Virus record (IMG/VR): IMGVR_UViG_3300032893_000004
Span: 1-64,000 of that record
Source of the DNA: a virus
DNA length: 64,000 nucleotides
Strand: one strand, 5' to 3'
Shown: positions 1-8,606 of the stretch, piece after piece
Layout: each line of letters opens with the position of its first letter
Position numbering within the stretch: position 1 is the first letter of the stretch
Position numbers and translations under genes: made by a program
Notes under the pieces: generated by a model
What the model was told of the DNA's origin: nothing
What the model saw: the letters and a program-made list of their open reading frames with translations, nothing else
Databases searched by the model: none

Positions 1-64
1 TCCATACGTTTAAACGTACGGGGGGCGACCGGTCGCCCGTCTCAGTTGCGTTCCCGACACCGCT

Positions 65-361
65 GTGCTACGATTAGACATGCTGTATGATTTCAAGCCG
101 AAAAAACCTAAGACCTTCCAACTCTTCCTGTCACCAGAGCAGATCGACATCGTGCTAGGATGGGTCGCCAAAGAAAAAGAGCAGGCGGATCTGTTTGGCC
201 AGACAGCCTCTCCCCGCGCCGGTCTAGTGGAAAACATTTACAAGAAGTTGATCAACATAAAGCACGCCGCCAAGCGCGCTGCGGACGGCGCAGCGAAGCT
301 GGCTCGCGGCGAATTCGACTCGAAACCAAACAAAGGGGAACAAAGTGGCACTTCTGTTTAA
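65..361 (+). CDS. hypothetical phage protein
   Basis: First ORF of an overlapping + strand run; true start may be ATG at 80. Confidence 0.65.
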   Translation: MLRLDMLYDFKPKKPKTFQLFLSPEQIDIVLGWVAKEKEQADLFGQTASPRAGLVENIYKKLINIKHAAKRAADGAAKLARGEFDSKPNKGEQSGTSV

Positions 362-635
362 GTTACCTTGGGGTAAAGTCTGCACGGAAGAAGTTCGTCA
401 GCACGACGAAAAAGGCAAGATCGTGGTTGCCACGGTCCCGTACTTCAAAGGTGATCCGGACAAATACGTCGACGCCTTGATGGCCCAGCACCACAACCCG
501 ACCAACTGTCTCCTATTGGTACTGACATGCGTTCAAGGGTCGGCGACGCCGGACCCGTTCTGGAACCACTGCAAAGCCATCCTCGAAAAGAAGATCAAGC
601 TGGAAGCGCTTGAAAAGGCTGGAAAAGCATCATGA
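345..635 (+). CDS. hypothetical protein
   Basis: Overlaps both neighbours (ATGA junction at 632-635). Confidence 0.7.
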   Translation: MALLFKLPWGKVCTEEVRQHDEKGKIVVATVPYFKGDPDKYVDALMAQHHNPTNCLLLVLTCVQGSATPDPFWNHCKAILEKKIKLEALEKAGKAS

Positions 636-877
636 GCCGAGAGATTCTGAGCATCCGCATCGTTCCTATCAGGACGGGGACGGCACTGACGCTCGCCTTC
701 TTCGCCGCTAAGATCTTCGGATACATCACCTGGAGCTGGTGGTGGGTCTTCGCGCCCATCTGGCTACCGTCTGCAGTTTTGCTGAGCGCTTTGGCAGTAT
801 TTGCGCTGTCCGCATCGGTGTTTTTGGCGACCGTTTTCCTGTGGGAGCTGGCTTCGTACAGAAAGTGGAGAAAATGA
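632..877 (+). CDS. small two-TM membrane protein
   Basis: Hydrophobic; ITWSWWWVFAPIWLP motif recurrent in phage membrane proteins. Confidence 0.75.
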   Translation: MSREILSIRIVPIRTGTALTLAFFAAKIFGYITWSWWWVFAPIWLPSAVLLSALAVFALSASVFLATVFLWELASYRKWRK

Positions 878-1089
878 GCAAGAAACAATATTCCATCGAA
901 CAGATCGTCAAGTCCCTTGAGCATCTCAAGAAGCAGCGAGCGCTAGCTGTAACGGTGAAGGTCGACGAGATGAATCGCCTCATCTTTGGCTACTACGACT
1001 CCGGTCTCCAGAGGGAAACGACCGTAACTGTCTTCTCGAACGATGTCACGAAGACGCCGGAAGTCAACGAGACTAAGAACCTGGAGTAA
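874..1089 (+). CDS. hypothetical protein
   Basis: ATGA overlap start at 874 (MSKKQYS). Confidence 0.7.
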   Translation: MSKKQYSIEQIVKSLEHLKKQRALAVTVKVDEMNRLIFGYYDSGLQRETTVTVFSNDVTKTPEVNETKNLE

Positions 1090-1091
1090 AC

Positions 1092-1457
1092 ATGAAGAAA
1101 CTGTACAAAGTCACCAAGATCTTCGACAAGAAAACTTCGAAGGTGGTCTACGATACTCGAATGTGCGGGCAGCCGGCCTTCGCGTTCGTACCTAACCTGC
1201 GTACCCAGCGTATTCTGAGAACCGGCACGAAGGCCGAGATCGAGAAGTATGCCGCAGACACGCCGTTCGATGAGACGTGGCTCGCGCAGGATACGCTCGA
1301 ACCGGTGATCGGATTCCCCATGTACTTCTCTTCGGTGAAGTTCGACGCCGGATTCTACCGGTCTAGCAAGGTGTATGAAGTGGCCGCCAACTGGAACAAG
1401 ACTAGATTCGTTGTCCAGACGGAAATGTCGGTCCTGTACATCGAGGAGGATGTTTGA
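1092..1457 (+). CDS. hypothetical protein
   Basis: GGAG SD, operon packing. Confidence 0.75.
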   Translation: MKKLYKVTKIFDKKTSKVVYDTRMCGQPAFAFVPNLRTQRILRTGTKAEIEKYAADTPFDETWLAQDTLEPVIGFPMYFSSVKFDAGFYRSSKVYEVAANWNKTRFVVQTEMSVLYIEEDV

Positions 1458-1762
1458 GCATTCCGTGGTCAGAAATTGAATTCGGCGCACAGTCCAAGTA
1501 CATGCGACGTACCATGAAGGCGCTCCGTTGGCTCGCGTCCGGAGCGCAACTTACGTTCCCGGCCAGGACGATCGCTCTGACGACTACAGAGCACGGCGGC
1601 CCGTACTTCGTATTCAAGGCAACTCTCAATCCTGGACCGACGCAGGAATTCGTTGCCTTAGGTGCCGACCCAGACCTCAATATTTTGTTCAGTATGATCA
1701 AAGAAACGACCGACGACGTGTGGGAAAAACTCGAATCAGAGGTGGAGAAGTATGGCTACTGA
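1454..1762 (+). CDS. hypothetical protein
   Basis: TTG start overlapping previous stop, GGAGG SD. Confidence 0.65.
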   Translation: MSIPWSEIEFGAQSKYMRRTMKALRWLASGAQLTFPARTIALTTTEHGGPYFVFKATLNPGPTQEFVALGADPDLNILFSMIKETTDDVWEKLESEVEKYGY

Positions 1763-2015
1763 GCAAGAGCTGATAGACGAGGTCATGGACTGTTTCGAGT
1801 TCGAACGGGTTCACAAGACTATGGTGGCTCTCGATTGGAAATGGTCTATCGTCGACGGCGTTCCGCAGCTGCACGAGATCAAGAAGGCTGCGCGCAAGCA
1901 TCTTCGGAATGCCTTAGAAGAAGGCATGTCGTGGTCCGGCGGATTCCGAGCTACCTACAAAGACGACGTCCTAGAATTGCTGTTCGTAGTAGAGGACTGG
2001 GACACCTCGAGGTGA
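1752..2015 (+). CDS. conserved-looking phage hypothetical protein
   Basis: GGAG SD; FERVHKTMVALDWKW...SGGF pattern. Confidence 0.75.
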   Translation: MATEQELIDEVMDCFEFERVHKTMVALDWKWSIVDGVPQLHEIKKAARKHLRNALEEGMSWSGGFRATYKDDVLELLFVVEDWDTSR

Positions 2016-2314
2016 AGCATCTCCCCGACAAAACCGGATTCTGGGAGCCTATCGAGCTGCAGCAGCTGGTAGACGACACAAGAGAACATCCGCCGAAAGA
2101 CGAGAAATATCGATACTGGGCCGAATGTCGTTTAGCAGAACTATGCGTTGTGATAGAGCGATTGATGCCTTTCGGATCTATCCAGATTGAACGGCCGCAG
2201 CCAGCAGTGATGTGGGCTCTCGTGTACCGCGAAAACGGCAAGCGTAAAGTCTCCATCTCGTTCGACGGTCCGCCATCAGATGCGTACGTAAAACTGATCA
2301 AGGAGGAGTTATGA
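2012..2314 (+). CDS. hypothetical protein
   Basis: GTGA overlap start at 2012 (track ORF extends to 1835). Confidence 0.6.
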   Translation: MKHLPDKTGFWEPIELQQLVDDTREHPPKDEKYRYWAECRLAELCVVIERLMPFGSIQIERPQPAVMWALVYRENGKRKVSISFDGPPSDAYVKLIKEEL

Positions 2315-2568
2315 TCGATACGATCAACTCGGCATTCGAAGGATTCGCAGCGTTCGCTGTTGCAAACCACTGTCGCGTCATACTGAAGCACAAAGAAGTC
2401 AAGGGTACGAGTATCCTGTCGACCGCCTTCTTCACAGCGTGGGGCTTCTGGAACATGTACTACTATCCCGTTCTGGGACAGATGTTCAGCTTCTGGGCTG
2501 GATGCGCTGTATGCGCCGTCAACGCGACGTATGTCTATTTACTTTACAAGTACCGGCCTAAGCGGTAG
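2311..2568 (+). CDS. three-TM membrane protein, PQ-loop/SemiSWEET-like size and topology
   Basis: 85 aa, three hydrophobic helices, K-EVKGTS motif, C-terminal N...KY. Confidence 0.55.
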   Translation: MIDTINSAFEGFAAFAVANHCRVILKHKEVKGTSILSTAFFTAWGFWNMYYYPVLGQMFSFWAGCAVCAVNATYVYLLYKYRPKR

Positions 2569-2597
2569 ACTATCCTAACCCAAAGTTGGAGGAAACG

Positions 2598-2786
2598 ATG
2601 AAGACTTTGAGCCCGCACAATAACCTGAGAATGTTCCGCCGCAAGCGCGTGATCGAACGTCTGGAGAAGACTCTCAAATTCTCAGATAAAAAGCTAGCAG
2701 CCATGTCGACTTCTGGGGCGACTGGTTCGGACCAGCGTAAAAGAATCATCGCCGAATTGGAAACTCTCAAGAAGCGCGTTATATGA
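2598..2786 (+). CDS. basic hypothetical protein
   Basis: GGAGG SD before ATG 2598. Confidence 0.7.
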   Translation: MKTLSPHNNLRMFRRKRVIERLEKTLKFSDKKLAAMSTSGATGSDQRKRIIAELETLKKRVI

Positions 2787-3028
2787 AGAAATCTCTGTTT
2801 AACGAAAAAGACGAAACGTTCACCGACGCGGCCACAGAGCTGGACTCCCGTGCCTCCGAAACTCTGACACCTCTGTTCAACGAATTCCTGATGCGCGGGT
2901 ACCCTGCTCGCGAGATCGAAAACGTCCTAGGCGAGCTGGTCATGGAGATCAGCTTGGAAGCGCGCCTGAACAAGCGCGACCCGCTCGAAGGAGAAGGGCC
3001 GGCAGGCTTCGGAAAGAAGGCGCCTTGA
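2783..3028 (+). CDS. hypothetical protein
   Basis: ATGA overlap. Confidence 0.7.
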   Translation: MKKSLFNEKDETFTDAATELDSRASETLTPLFNEFLMRGYPAREIENVLGELVMEISLEARLNKRDPLEGEGPAGFGKKAP

Positions 3029-3237
3029 CCGAGGTGATGGTGGTTTCGCCGTTCGAAGCGTTCATCTATTTGCCGATAGCAAATAAGTCGGTAAGGCTGA
3101 CCTGCGACACCGGAATGGTTCACGTACTCATAGAAGGATTCCTGAGCCCTCTCGGACCGGACATCGGCCCGCCCATCAATTTTAAATTGCTCGACATGGA
3201 TTACTCTGATACAGTGATTCTGACCGACGTGGCATAG
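3025..3237 (+). CDS. hypothetical protein
   Basis: Fills operon gap, TTGA overlap. Confidence 0.55.
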   Translation: MTEVMVVSPFEAFIYLPIANKSVRLTCDTGMVHVLIEGFLSPLGPDIGPPINFKLLDMDYSDTVILTDVA

Positions 3238-3245
3238 GAGGTCAG

Positions 3246-3629
3246 ATGCTCAGAATCACAGTCGAGCTGGTTCCTTTCGGGGACGAAAGTCAAGCTCGTA
3301 AGCTAGTAGAGATGCTGATCGCCAACGACGGAAACGGAAACGGGGACGGTACACACTGCGACTACGAAGGTTGGATCTCTTCCGACACGTGGACGAAGGA
3401 CGGTCCTAGATACGGCAAGGTTACTGAGCACGACCGTAGGCAGTCGGTGTGGACCTTGATCGCCAAGATGAGCGAAGCGTGCCTTCCTAGATTCACGCCT
3501 AGCCGGTCGTCTGATTCTTTGGCCGAACGCCTTCGGCGCCGCTTGTCAGAATTCGCGGAGACAGTCTCCCAAGATCTTAAGACGGAAACGGAACGTCCCA
3601 AAGGGCGTCGGACGCCACCGCGAAGATGA
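3246..3629 (+). CDS. hypothetical protein
   Basis: GGAGG SD; MLRITVELVPFG...IANDG N-terminus. Confidence 0.75.
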   Translation: MLRITVELVPFGDESQARKLVEMLIANDGNGNGDGTHCDYEGWISSDTWTKDGPRYGKVTEHDRRQSVWTLIAKMSEACLPRFTPSRSSDSLAERLRRRLSEFAETVSQDLKTETERPKGRRTPPRR

Positions 3630-4180
3630 GATGGATTTTACTTCCCCTACTTCTCGCGGCGTGCACTACGCCTAACGTCAAGCCGTACGGGCCAGCTGAA
3701 CCGACGCTTCAAGATCACGTGCGTTACTTCGAGGCTTTGTACGAGACGAACGTGATTATTCCGGTAACTGCAGAGATCATGGACATACACTTCCTCGGAA
3801 CGGCCGAGGAGTGCGACACGAAGGGTATCAGGATCAGCTATATTCTGTACAAGTATGGTCCAGTTGACACTGTCGAGGAAGTGGTCTTTCACGAACTTGG
3901 ACACTGCTTCTTCGGCCGCCGGCACGTCAAGCCGACGTACTTCAAGAATGGGCCCATGAAGGGGTGTGTGACTTCGATCATGGCCTACAGTCACATGGCG
4001 GTTGACCATCAATGCTGGCAACTCTTCAAGCCGTATTATATCAAAGAACTGGCCACTCCGGGTCTATGCGAAAAAGACTTTGCTTACCACGGGAATTGTG
4101 ATAGACACTACAATGCGAATCCGAATTATTTTCCATCGCGGCCGCCTGTGATGCGGTTCACGTACGGAGGCAAGAAGTGA
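3626..4180 (+). CDS. lipoprotein zinc metallopeptidase (metzincin-like)
   Basis: Lipobox LAAC; HELGHCFFGRRH zinc motif; SIM Met-turn. Confidence 0.75.
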   Translation: MRWILLPLLLAACTTPNVKPYGPAEPTLQDHVRYFEALYETNVIIPVTAEIMDIHFLGTAEECDTKGIRISYILYKYGPVDTVEEVVFHELGHCFFGRRHVKPTYFKNGPMKGCVTSIMAYSHMAVDHQCWQLFKPYYIKELATPGLCEKDFAYHGNCDRHYNANPNYFPSRPPVMRFTYGGKK

Positions 4181-4731
4181 AAGTTGAACTGAACATCGAT
4201 GCGTCGAATATTGGCGAAACGGTTATCGATCTTTTTAAGAATCTGAGCGAAGATCAAAAGCGAGATATTACGCTTGGAATCATCAAGAATTGGTTCGACA
4301 TGCCATACGGAGCCGAACGAGAGTTGAAAGAACAGCAGGCTATAGCCGAATACCGCAGAAAGAATCCAAGTCAAGCGGACGCTCCTGATTATAGGATCAA
4401 AGATAACTGGGAGATCAAATCAATCATGGGGAAATTTCGTGGTGCCCGCGAACAGTTTCTCTTCGAAGCCAACAAGCAAGTCGTGGAGCTTGTCAAAGCC
4501 GGGGTAACAGAACGACTGAAAGTTGATCCGGAAATCCAGAAGATGGTCGATTCAGTTACAGAAGAGGTCAAAAAGGATTTTCCGAAATTTGTACACGATG
4601 CCATGATCGCTTGGTTCTGCGGCAACATGCACGCAATGGCTGGCGGTATCAGCCAAGCTTTGATGCAATCCAGAGACGCCGAGAATATCAGCAAGAGCGT
4701 GTACGAACGTATAACTGGTCAACAATATTAA
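4177..4731 (+). CDS. hypothetical protein
   Basis: GGAGG SD, GTGA overlap. Confidence 0.75.
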   Translation: MKVELNIDASNIGETVIDLFKNLSEDQKRDITLGIIKNWFDMPYGAERELKEQQAIAEYRRKNPSQADAPDYRIKDNWEIKSIMGKFRGAREQFLFEANKQVVELVKAGVTERLKVDPEIQKMVDSVTEEVKKDFPKFVHDAMIAWFCGNMHAMAGGISQALMQSRDAENISKSVYERITGQQY

Positions 4732-4741
4732 GGAGGTTTTT

Positions 4742-5119
4742 ATGCCGAAGAAGACAAACAAACCGGCGGCTAAGGCCGTCACCGAATTGCCTGTAGAGCA
4801 GGCTGCCCAACCGACTCCGGCGCCAGCCGAAAAAGCGCAGCCGACTGTCGCGGAAACGATCGTAGCCCTTCAGGAAAAAGGTCTGGCGGCTCCAGCCGAG
4901 TGGATCCGATTCACCGAAGGCACGTTCCGACTGCTTCCTGGCGGCGTGGTGCGCTTCCTTCACAAGGAGCCGAAAGCCGAGAAGCCGCTGCTGCGCGAGG
5001 GAAAGATCAAGGAACTGTTCGGCAAGAACTATATGACCTTCGTGAAGGTCACAGATCTCGCGGACGGCACCGAACGAGACGTGATGCTTCAGTCCATCGT
5101 CGAAGTGCAGCGTGTCTAA
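4742..5119 (+). CDS. hypothetical protein with Pro/Ala-rich N-terminus
   Basis: AAGGAGG SD. Confidence 0.8.
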   Translation: MPKKTNKPAAKAVTELPVEQAAQPTPAPAEKAQPTVAETIVALQEKGLAAPAEWIRFTEGTFRLLPGGVVRFLHKEPKAEKPLLREGKIKELFGKNYMTFVKVTDLADGTERDVMLQSIVEVQRV

Positions 5120-5387
5120 CGAGCTTAAGCTTCCGAAACTCGATCCAGGGACGCGCCCAGATCGGAAGCATCTCTACGATGAGGTCAATCTATCTTTCAT
5201 ATCGAGCGAAGAAGATCAATCGATAGGCACAGCCATGCTTCTGAAACCAGACGTGCGTTCCAACTGGGAGCTTCATCTCACCGCCTCCGAACTGGACGCG
5301 TTCAAGGGTCTGGAAGTAGTCGTACAACTTCAAATCAACTTAGCGGTCGATCCGTTCGAAGCGCTGTGGAAAATAATCGGCGGATAA
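5112..5387 (+). CDS. hypothetical protein
   Basis: Operon packing. Confidence 0.65.
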   Translation: MSNELKLPKLDPGTRPDRKHLYDEVNLSFISSEEDQSIGTAMLLKPDVRSNWELHLTASELDAFKGLEVVVQLQINLAVDPFEALWKIIGG

Positions 5388-5408
5388 CGTCGTATCATAT
5401 CGAGACTA

Positions 5409-5438
5409 TTGACATTCTAGCGACTCTCGTGCTATATT
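5409..5438 (+). promoter_or_regulatory. sigma70-type promoter
   Basis: TTGACA-18nt-TATATT with TGn extended -10, upstream of 5473. Confidence 0.7.
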
Positions 5439-5472
5439 GTGATCTCATAATCACCCTTGAAAGGGGAGTCAT

Positions 5473-6156
5473 ATGAAGCGATACTTTAGTCTGATTATCA
5501 TTTCGGTCGCGCTCGCAGCGTGCCAGAACTTCACGGGCGATCAAGGTCCGGTCGGTCCAGCTGGTCCGCAAGGCCCTTCGGCTCCAAGTCCGGCGCCGAC
5601 AGCCATCCAGCAGATCGTCGATTCCGAGAACTCGTATCGAGCAACACAAGGCGAAGCTCCTCTGACGCCAGGCTTATCCTGTCAAGTGGTCGCAATCGCC
5701 TCCGGCACGTACCTCTCGTCGGCTTCACCCGGATACACAGCGGCAGAGGCTATCGTGACGACCGGTACCACCTACTCGTACCTACTGTCGACGTCGATCG
5801 ACCAAGCGAACGTCGCCGGCACGGCCGGGAACAGTCTCATCGATCCTGGAATCGCGTCGATGTTCCTGACGAACAATTATCGGATCATCTGCACCGGAGT
5901 CCTCGTGGTCACGGAAGACGGGTGGCATAGCTTCTCGACTTCGTCCGACGACGGATCTCTCCTCTACATCGACGGAGCGCTGGTCGTCGACAATGATGGT
6001 GCCCACGGCGTTCAAACCGTGACAGGAACAAAGTCTCTGCAAAGTTCCTTAACTCACACGTTTCAGCTCGACTACGCTCAGAGCGCGGGCGGCAACATCG
6101 CGATGATCTTGGAGATGGACGGTTCAGTTCTTCCGGCCGCCAACCTGTATCACTAG
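5473..6156 (+). CDS. lipoprotein with short collagen-like repeat and PA14 domain
   Basis: Lipobox LAAC; GDQGPVGPAGPQGP; FSTSSDDGSLLYIDGALVVDNDGAHG PA14 signature. Confidence 0.8.
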   Translation: MKRYFSLIIISVALAACQNFTGDQGPVGPAGPQGPSAPSPAPTAIQQIVDSENSYRATQGEAPLTPGLSCQVVAIASGTYLSSASPGYTAAEAIVTTGTTYSYLLSTSIDQANVAGTAGNSLIDPGIASMFLTNNYRIICTGVLVVTEDGWHSFSTSSDDGSLLYIDGALVVDNDGAHGVQTVTGTKSLQSSLTHTFQLDYAQSAGGNIAMILEMDGSVLPAANLYH

Positions 6157-6246
6157 ATGGTTCTCATGATCTATGCGGGCAGCCTGATGTTCTTCGGGCT
6201 GCTCGTTTGGTTAGCGAGCGACGATTCCGGAAGTGCCTTGTAACTA

Positions 6247-6726
6247 TCAGCAAGCATCCCAGGAAGACACGAACATATCCTTGTGATAGTAGATTTCGTC
6301 GTACCTTTCGGCGTGAATCAATGCTCGATCGCGACGTCTCCGCTCTCGATGATCTCGTGTTTTCAAGTAGCGCCGGCACTTGCACCAGGTACGGTGCTTC
6401 GACTGGTCCCTCGCGAAGCCCTTGCGCTCGCGCCAATCCTCGCGTGCCTGCTCTGCATCGTCTGTTTCTTTTTTAGCATAGCCAGACTGCACGAAGCGGC
6501 TCTCGCCCGATGTTGATATGTCCCACGGGCGGAGATACGGTTTCTGGGTACCACAGCGGCCGCGTCGACGGTTGCGTCTGAGTGGACGAAGATGAGGGTA
6601 GAGATAGCCGATCTCTTCGGCGACGGATATGTACCGCTGCCACGGTCGCGGACGTAGCATCCAATAGGTCTGTTGCTCCCACCAGTGACGGTACGACTCT
6701 CGCGCATCTGGTAAAATATATGACAT
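6247..6726 (-). CDS. Arg/Trp-rich basic protein
   Basis: AGGAGG SD; highly basic; ends SSWDAC. Confidence 0.7.
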   Translation of the reverse strand: MSYILPDARESYRHWWEQQTYWMLRPRPWQRYISVAEEIGYLYPHLRPLRRNRRRGRCGTQKPYLRPWDISTSGESRFVQSGYAKKETDDAEQAREDWRERKGFARDQSKHRTWCKCRRYLKTRDHRERRRRDRALIHAERYDEIYYHKDMFVSSWDAC

Positions 6727-6745
6727 GAAATGCCTCCTGTTAAGG

Positions 6746-6763
6746 TCACATAATCACTGTCAT
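6746..6763 (-). CDS. putative leader peptide MTVIM
   Basis: Own GGGAGG SD; ATG ACA GTG ATT ATG TGA ending just before the SD of the 6726 gene. Confidence 0.5.
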   Translation of the reverse strand: MTVIM

Positions 6764-6787
6764 ATAGCCTCCCGTGGTTAGCAGTGG

Positions 6788-6796
6788 GAGATTAGG
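6788..6796 (-). promoter_or_regulatory. putative late promoter motif CCTAATCTC
   Basis: Recurrent motif, 25 nt upstream of leader ATG. Confidence 0.6.
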
Positions 6797-6804
6797 CTTT
6801 CATT

Positions 6805-7299
6805 TTAGACGGCGCCGCAGGGTGTCTTCTTGGCTTCCAACATCTTGATGGCTTGATCGATCTGGGCGGCTTCTACCTGCTCGGACAGAGGTAGACCGAT
6901 GAAGCAGATGCCGCCGGCATCGGTGACCGTATCTCGGAGAGATTCCATCTTGTCGGCCCAGATATCGTCGCTGTGAAGGAACAGAACCTTGTCGCGCAGG
7001 TCGAGAGCTTGGACGGACCCACGAGTGATGAAGTTGCTCTCGTCGATGATGTTTATCCTGCCGGCAGCGGTTGCTACTGATTGAACCTGAGCCTTACCTG
7101 TCAGATTCGGCTCGGACGGCTTCAAGGTTTCGGAATAATACTCCAAGCTGTCCTTCGTCAGAACGATGGCGATAGGACATACCTTGCCGGCGTACAGGAA
7201 GGCCAGCGCCAAGTTTTCGATCGCTTCTTGGACGGACATGATCCGGGAACCATATTCTTCGAACAGATTGTCTAAATCATTTTTCTGATTCATTCGCAA
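6805..7299 (-). CDS. hypothetical protein
   Basis: GGAGG SD, overlaps upstream ORF. Confidence 0.75.
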   Translation of the reverse strand: MRMNQKNDLDNLFEEYGSRIMSVQEAIENLALAFLYAGKVCPIAIVLTKDSLEYYSETLKPSEPNLTGKAQVQSVATAAGRINIIDESNFITRGSVQALDLRDKVLFLHSDDIWADKMESLRDTVTDAGGICFIGLPLSEQVEAAQIDQAIKMLEAKKTPCGAV

Positions 7300-7750
7300 C
7301 CTCCAGCTTCTTTCGCGGCACCAGCAGATCGCACTCTATTAAATCGACTTCGTTTAAAGAGATCATCCAACCGTACCCAGCGTCGCATAGTGCTATGCGA
7401 TCTCTCTTGCGAACAAAGTTGGATCGGTATTCGCTCAAGATATGAAGTTTCATGCATTCTATCGCAGGTGTCACCATGCTTGCCTGAAATGTGACCCTAA
7501 ACATCTGCGGTATCAAGGCGATCGGCTCCAGAACTTGATACAGATACGAAATTTCGAGATCAGTGATCGGCATCTGAGCGTAGTGAACTTTGATCCTATC
7601 CGTCTTCGTAATCTTCAGAGATGTTCCTACTGTAGGCGGAGGCAGCTCTTCCACCTTCTTGATGAGATTTTCTAACGCGTCGATGTCGCCTGGATTTTCT
7701 GAAACTGTATGCGCGGCTTGCGCGAACTGTTCTGATTTATCTTCTGGCAT
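7277..7750 (-). CDS. hypothetical protein
   Basis: AGGAGG SD. Confidence 0.75.
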   Translation of the reverse strand: MPEDKSEQFAQAAHTVSENPGDIDALENLIKKVEELPPPTVGTSLKITKTDRIKVHYAQMPITDLEISYLYQVLEPIALIPQMFRVTFQASMVTPAIECMKLHILSEYRSNFVRKRDRIALCDAGYGWMISLNEVDLIECDLLVPRKKLEVANESEK

Positions 7751-7908
7751 ATAGCCTCCTCTTACAAAATAGTGTGACAGCGGCGCAAAATGCCGAAAGA
7801 ATGTACATGCAAACGAGCTGGCTTATGCGTTGCATGCAGGGATTCTTTCTAACCTAGAGCCAACCAGGCGCATAGCGAATCGCGGACCGTTCTTTAGGTA
7901 TGAACGCT

Positions 7909-8289
7909 TCAGCCGAAGCTGAGTCTTAACCTGTCGAATCCGTGTTTGCACCGCTGCCACACATTATTATACCAAGAATTGAGACCGGTCGCGATGACTC
8001 TAGGGCTATAATTCGACAGAGTGTAGATCGCGAGGTGCTTACCGCCCGCGATCATATTGGTCGGTCTTACTTTCTTCCGTAGCTTGACGTTAGCCTTGAC
8101 GATGACTTGGGCATACATCTTCAGCGTTACCCTCGCGACTTCCTTCGCGTTACACTCGTACGTTATCTCATAGCATCCTCCAAGCGGTTTACCGTCTAAA
8201 GTCACCAGAGTGTTTGCTCCTGTCGATATACCTGCGGCGCCACGTCGCGGTTGGATGACGAGCTGCGGTATATGTCTTTTCTTGGCCAT
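7909..8289 (-). CDS. hypothetical protein
   Basis: AAGGAGG SD. Confidence 0.75.
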   Translation of the reverse strand: MAKKRHIPQLVIQPRRGAAGISTGANTLVTLDGKPLGGCYEITYECNAKEVARVTLKMYAQVIVKANVKLRKKVRPTNMIAGGKHLAIYTLSNYSPRVIATGLNSWYNNVWQRCKHGFDRLRLSFG

Positions 8290-8320
8290 GAGGCCTCCTT
8301 CCCGGCTGCGGCCGGATTGT

Positions 8321-8380
8321 AAAAATTTGTAAAATTACGCAAAAATGCGTAAAATCATTCAAAATTGTTCAAAATTGTTC
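8321..8380. repeat. six 10-bp phased A-tract units
   Basis: aaaaatttgt aaaattacgc aaaaatgcgt aaaatcattc aaaattgttc aaaattgttc. Confidence 0.9.
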
Positions 8381-8606
8381 AGTTCTTTTTATCTTGGTCC
8401 GGGTCTTCGATCGGATCAGGCCGATAATCGATGCCGTAGAATCTGGCCAGCTTCATGTTCTTTACGCGCTTGAATCGGCGCCGCGCGGCGACTCTTTCCG
8501 GTCGAGTCCGAGTCAATTCCTTGAGATTCTTCCGAGCCAGGTAGGCTCCTAGAGCCCAGGCCGATGCCAGACAACCTATCGCGATAATCGCTTGAATGTC
8601 CATCAA
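8379..8606 (-). CDS. small protein with N-terminal TM anchor
   Basis: Hydrophobic N-terminus, basic C-terminus. Confidence 0.65.
   Translation of the reverse strand: MMDIQAIIAIGCLASAWALGAYLARKNLKELTRTRPERVAARRRFKRVKNMKLARFYGIDYRPDPIEDPDQDKKN

Noticed and set aside
8321-8380. CRISPR array
   Set aside because: 10-bp degenerate units without spacers; no cas genes or repeat-spacer array seen in the window.
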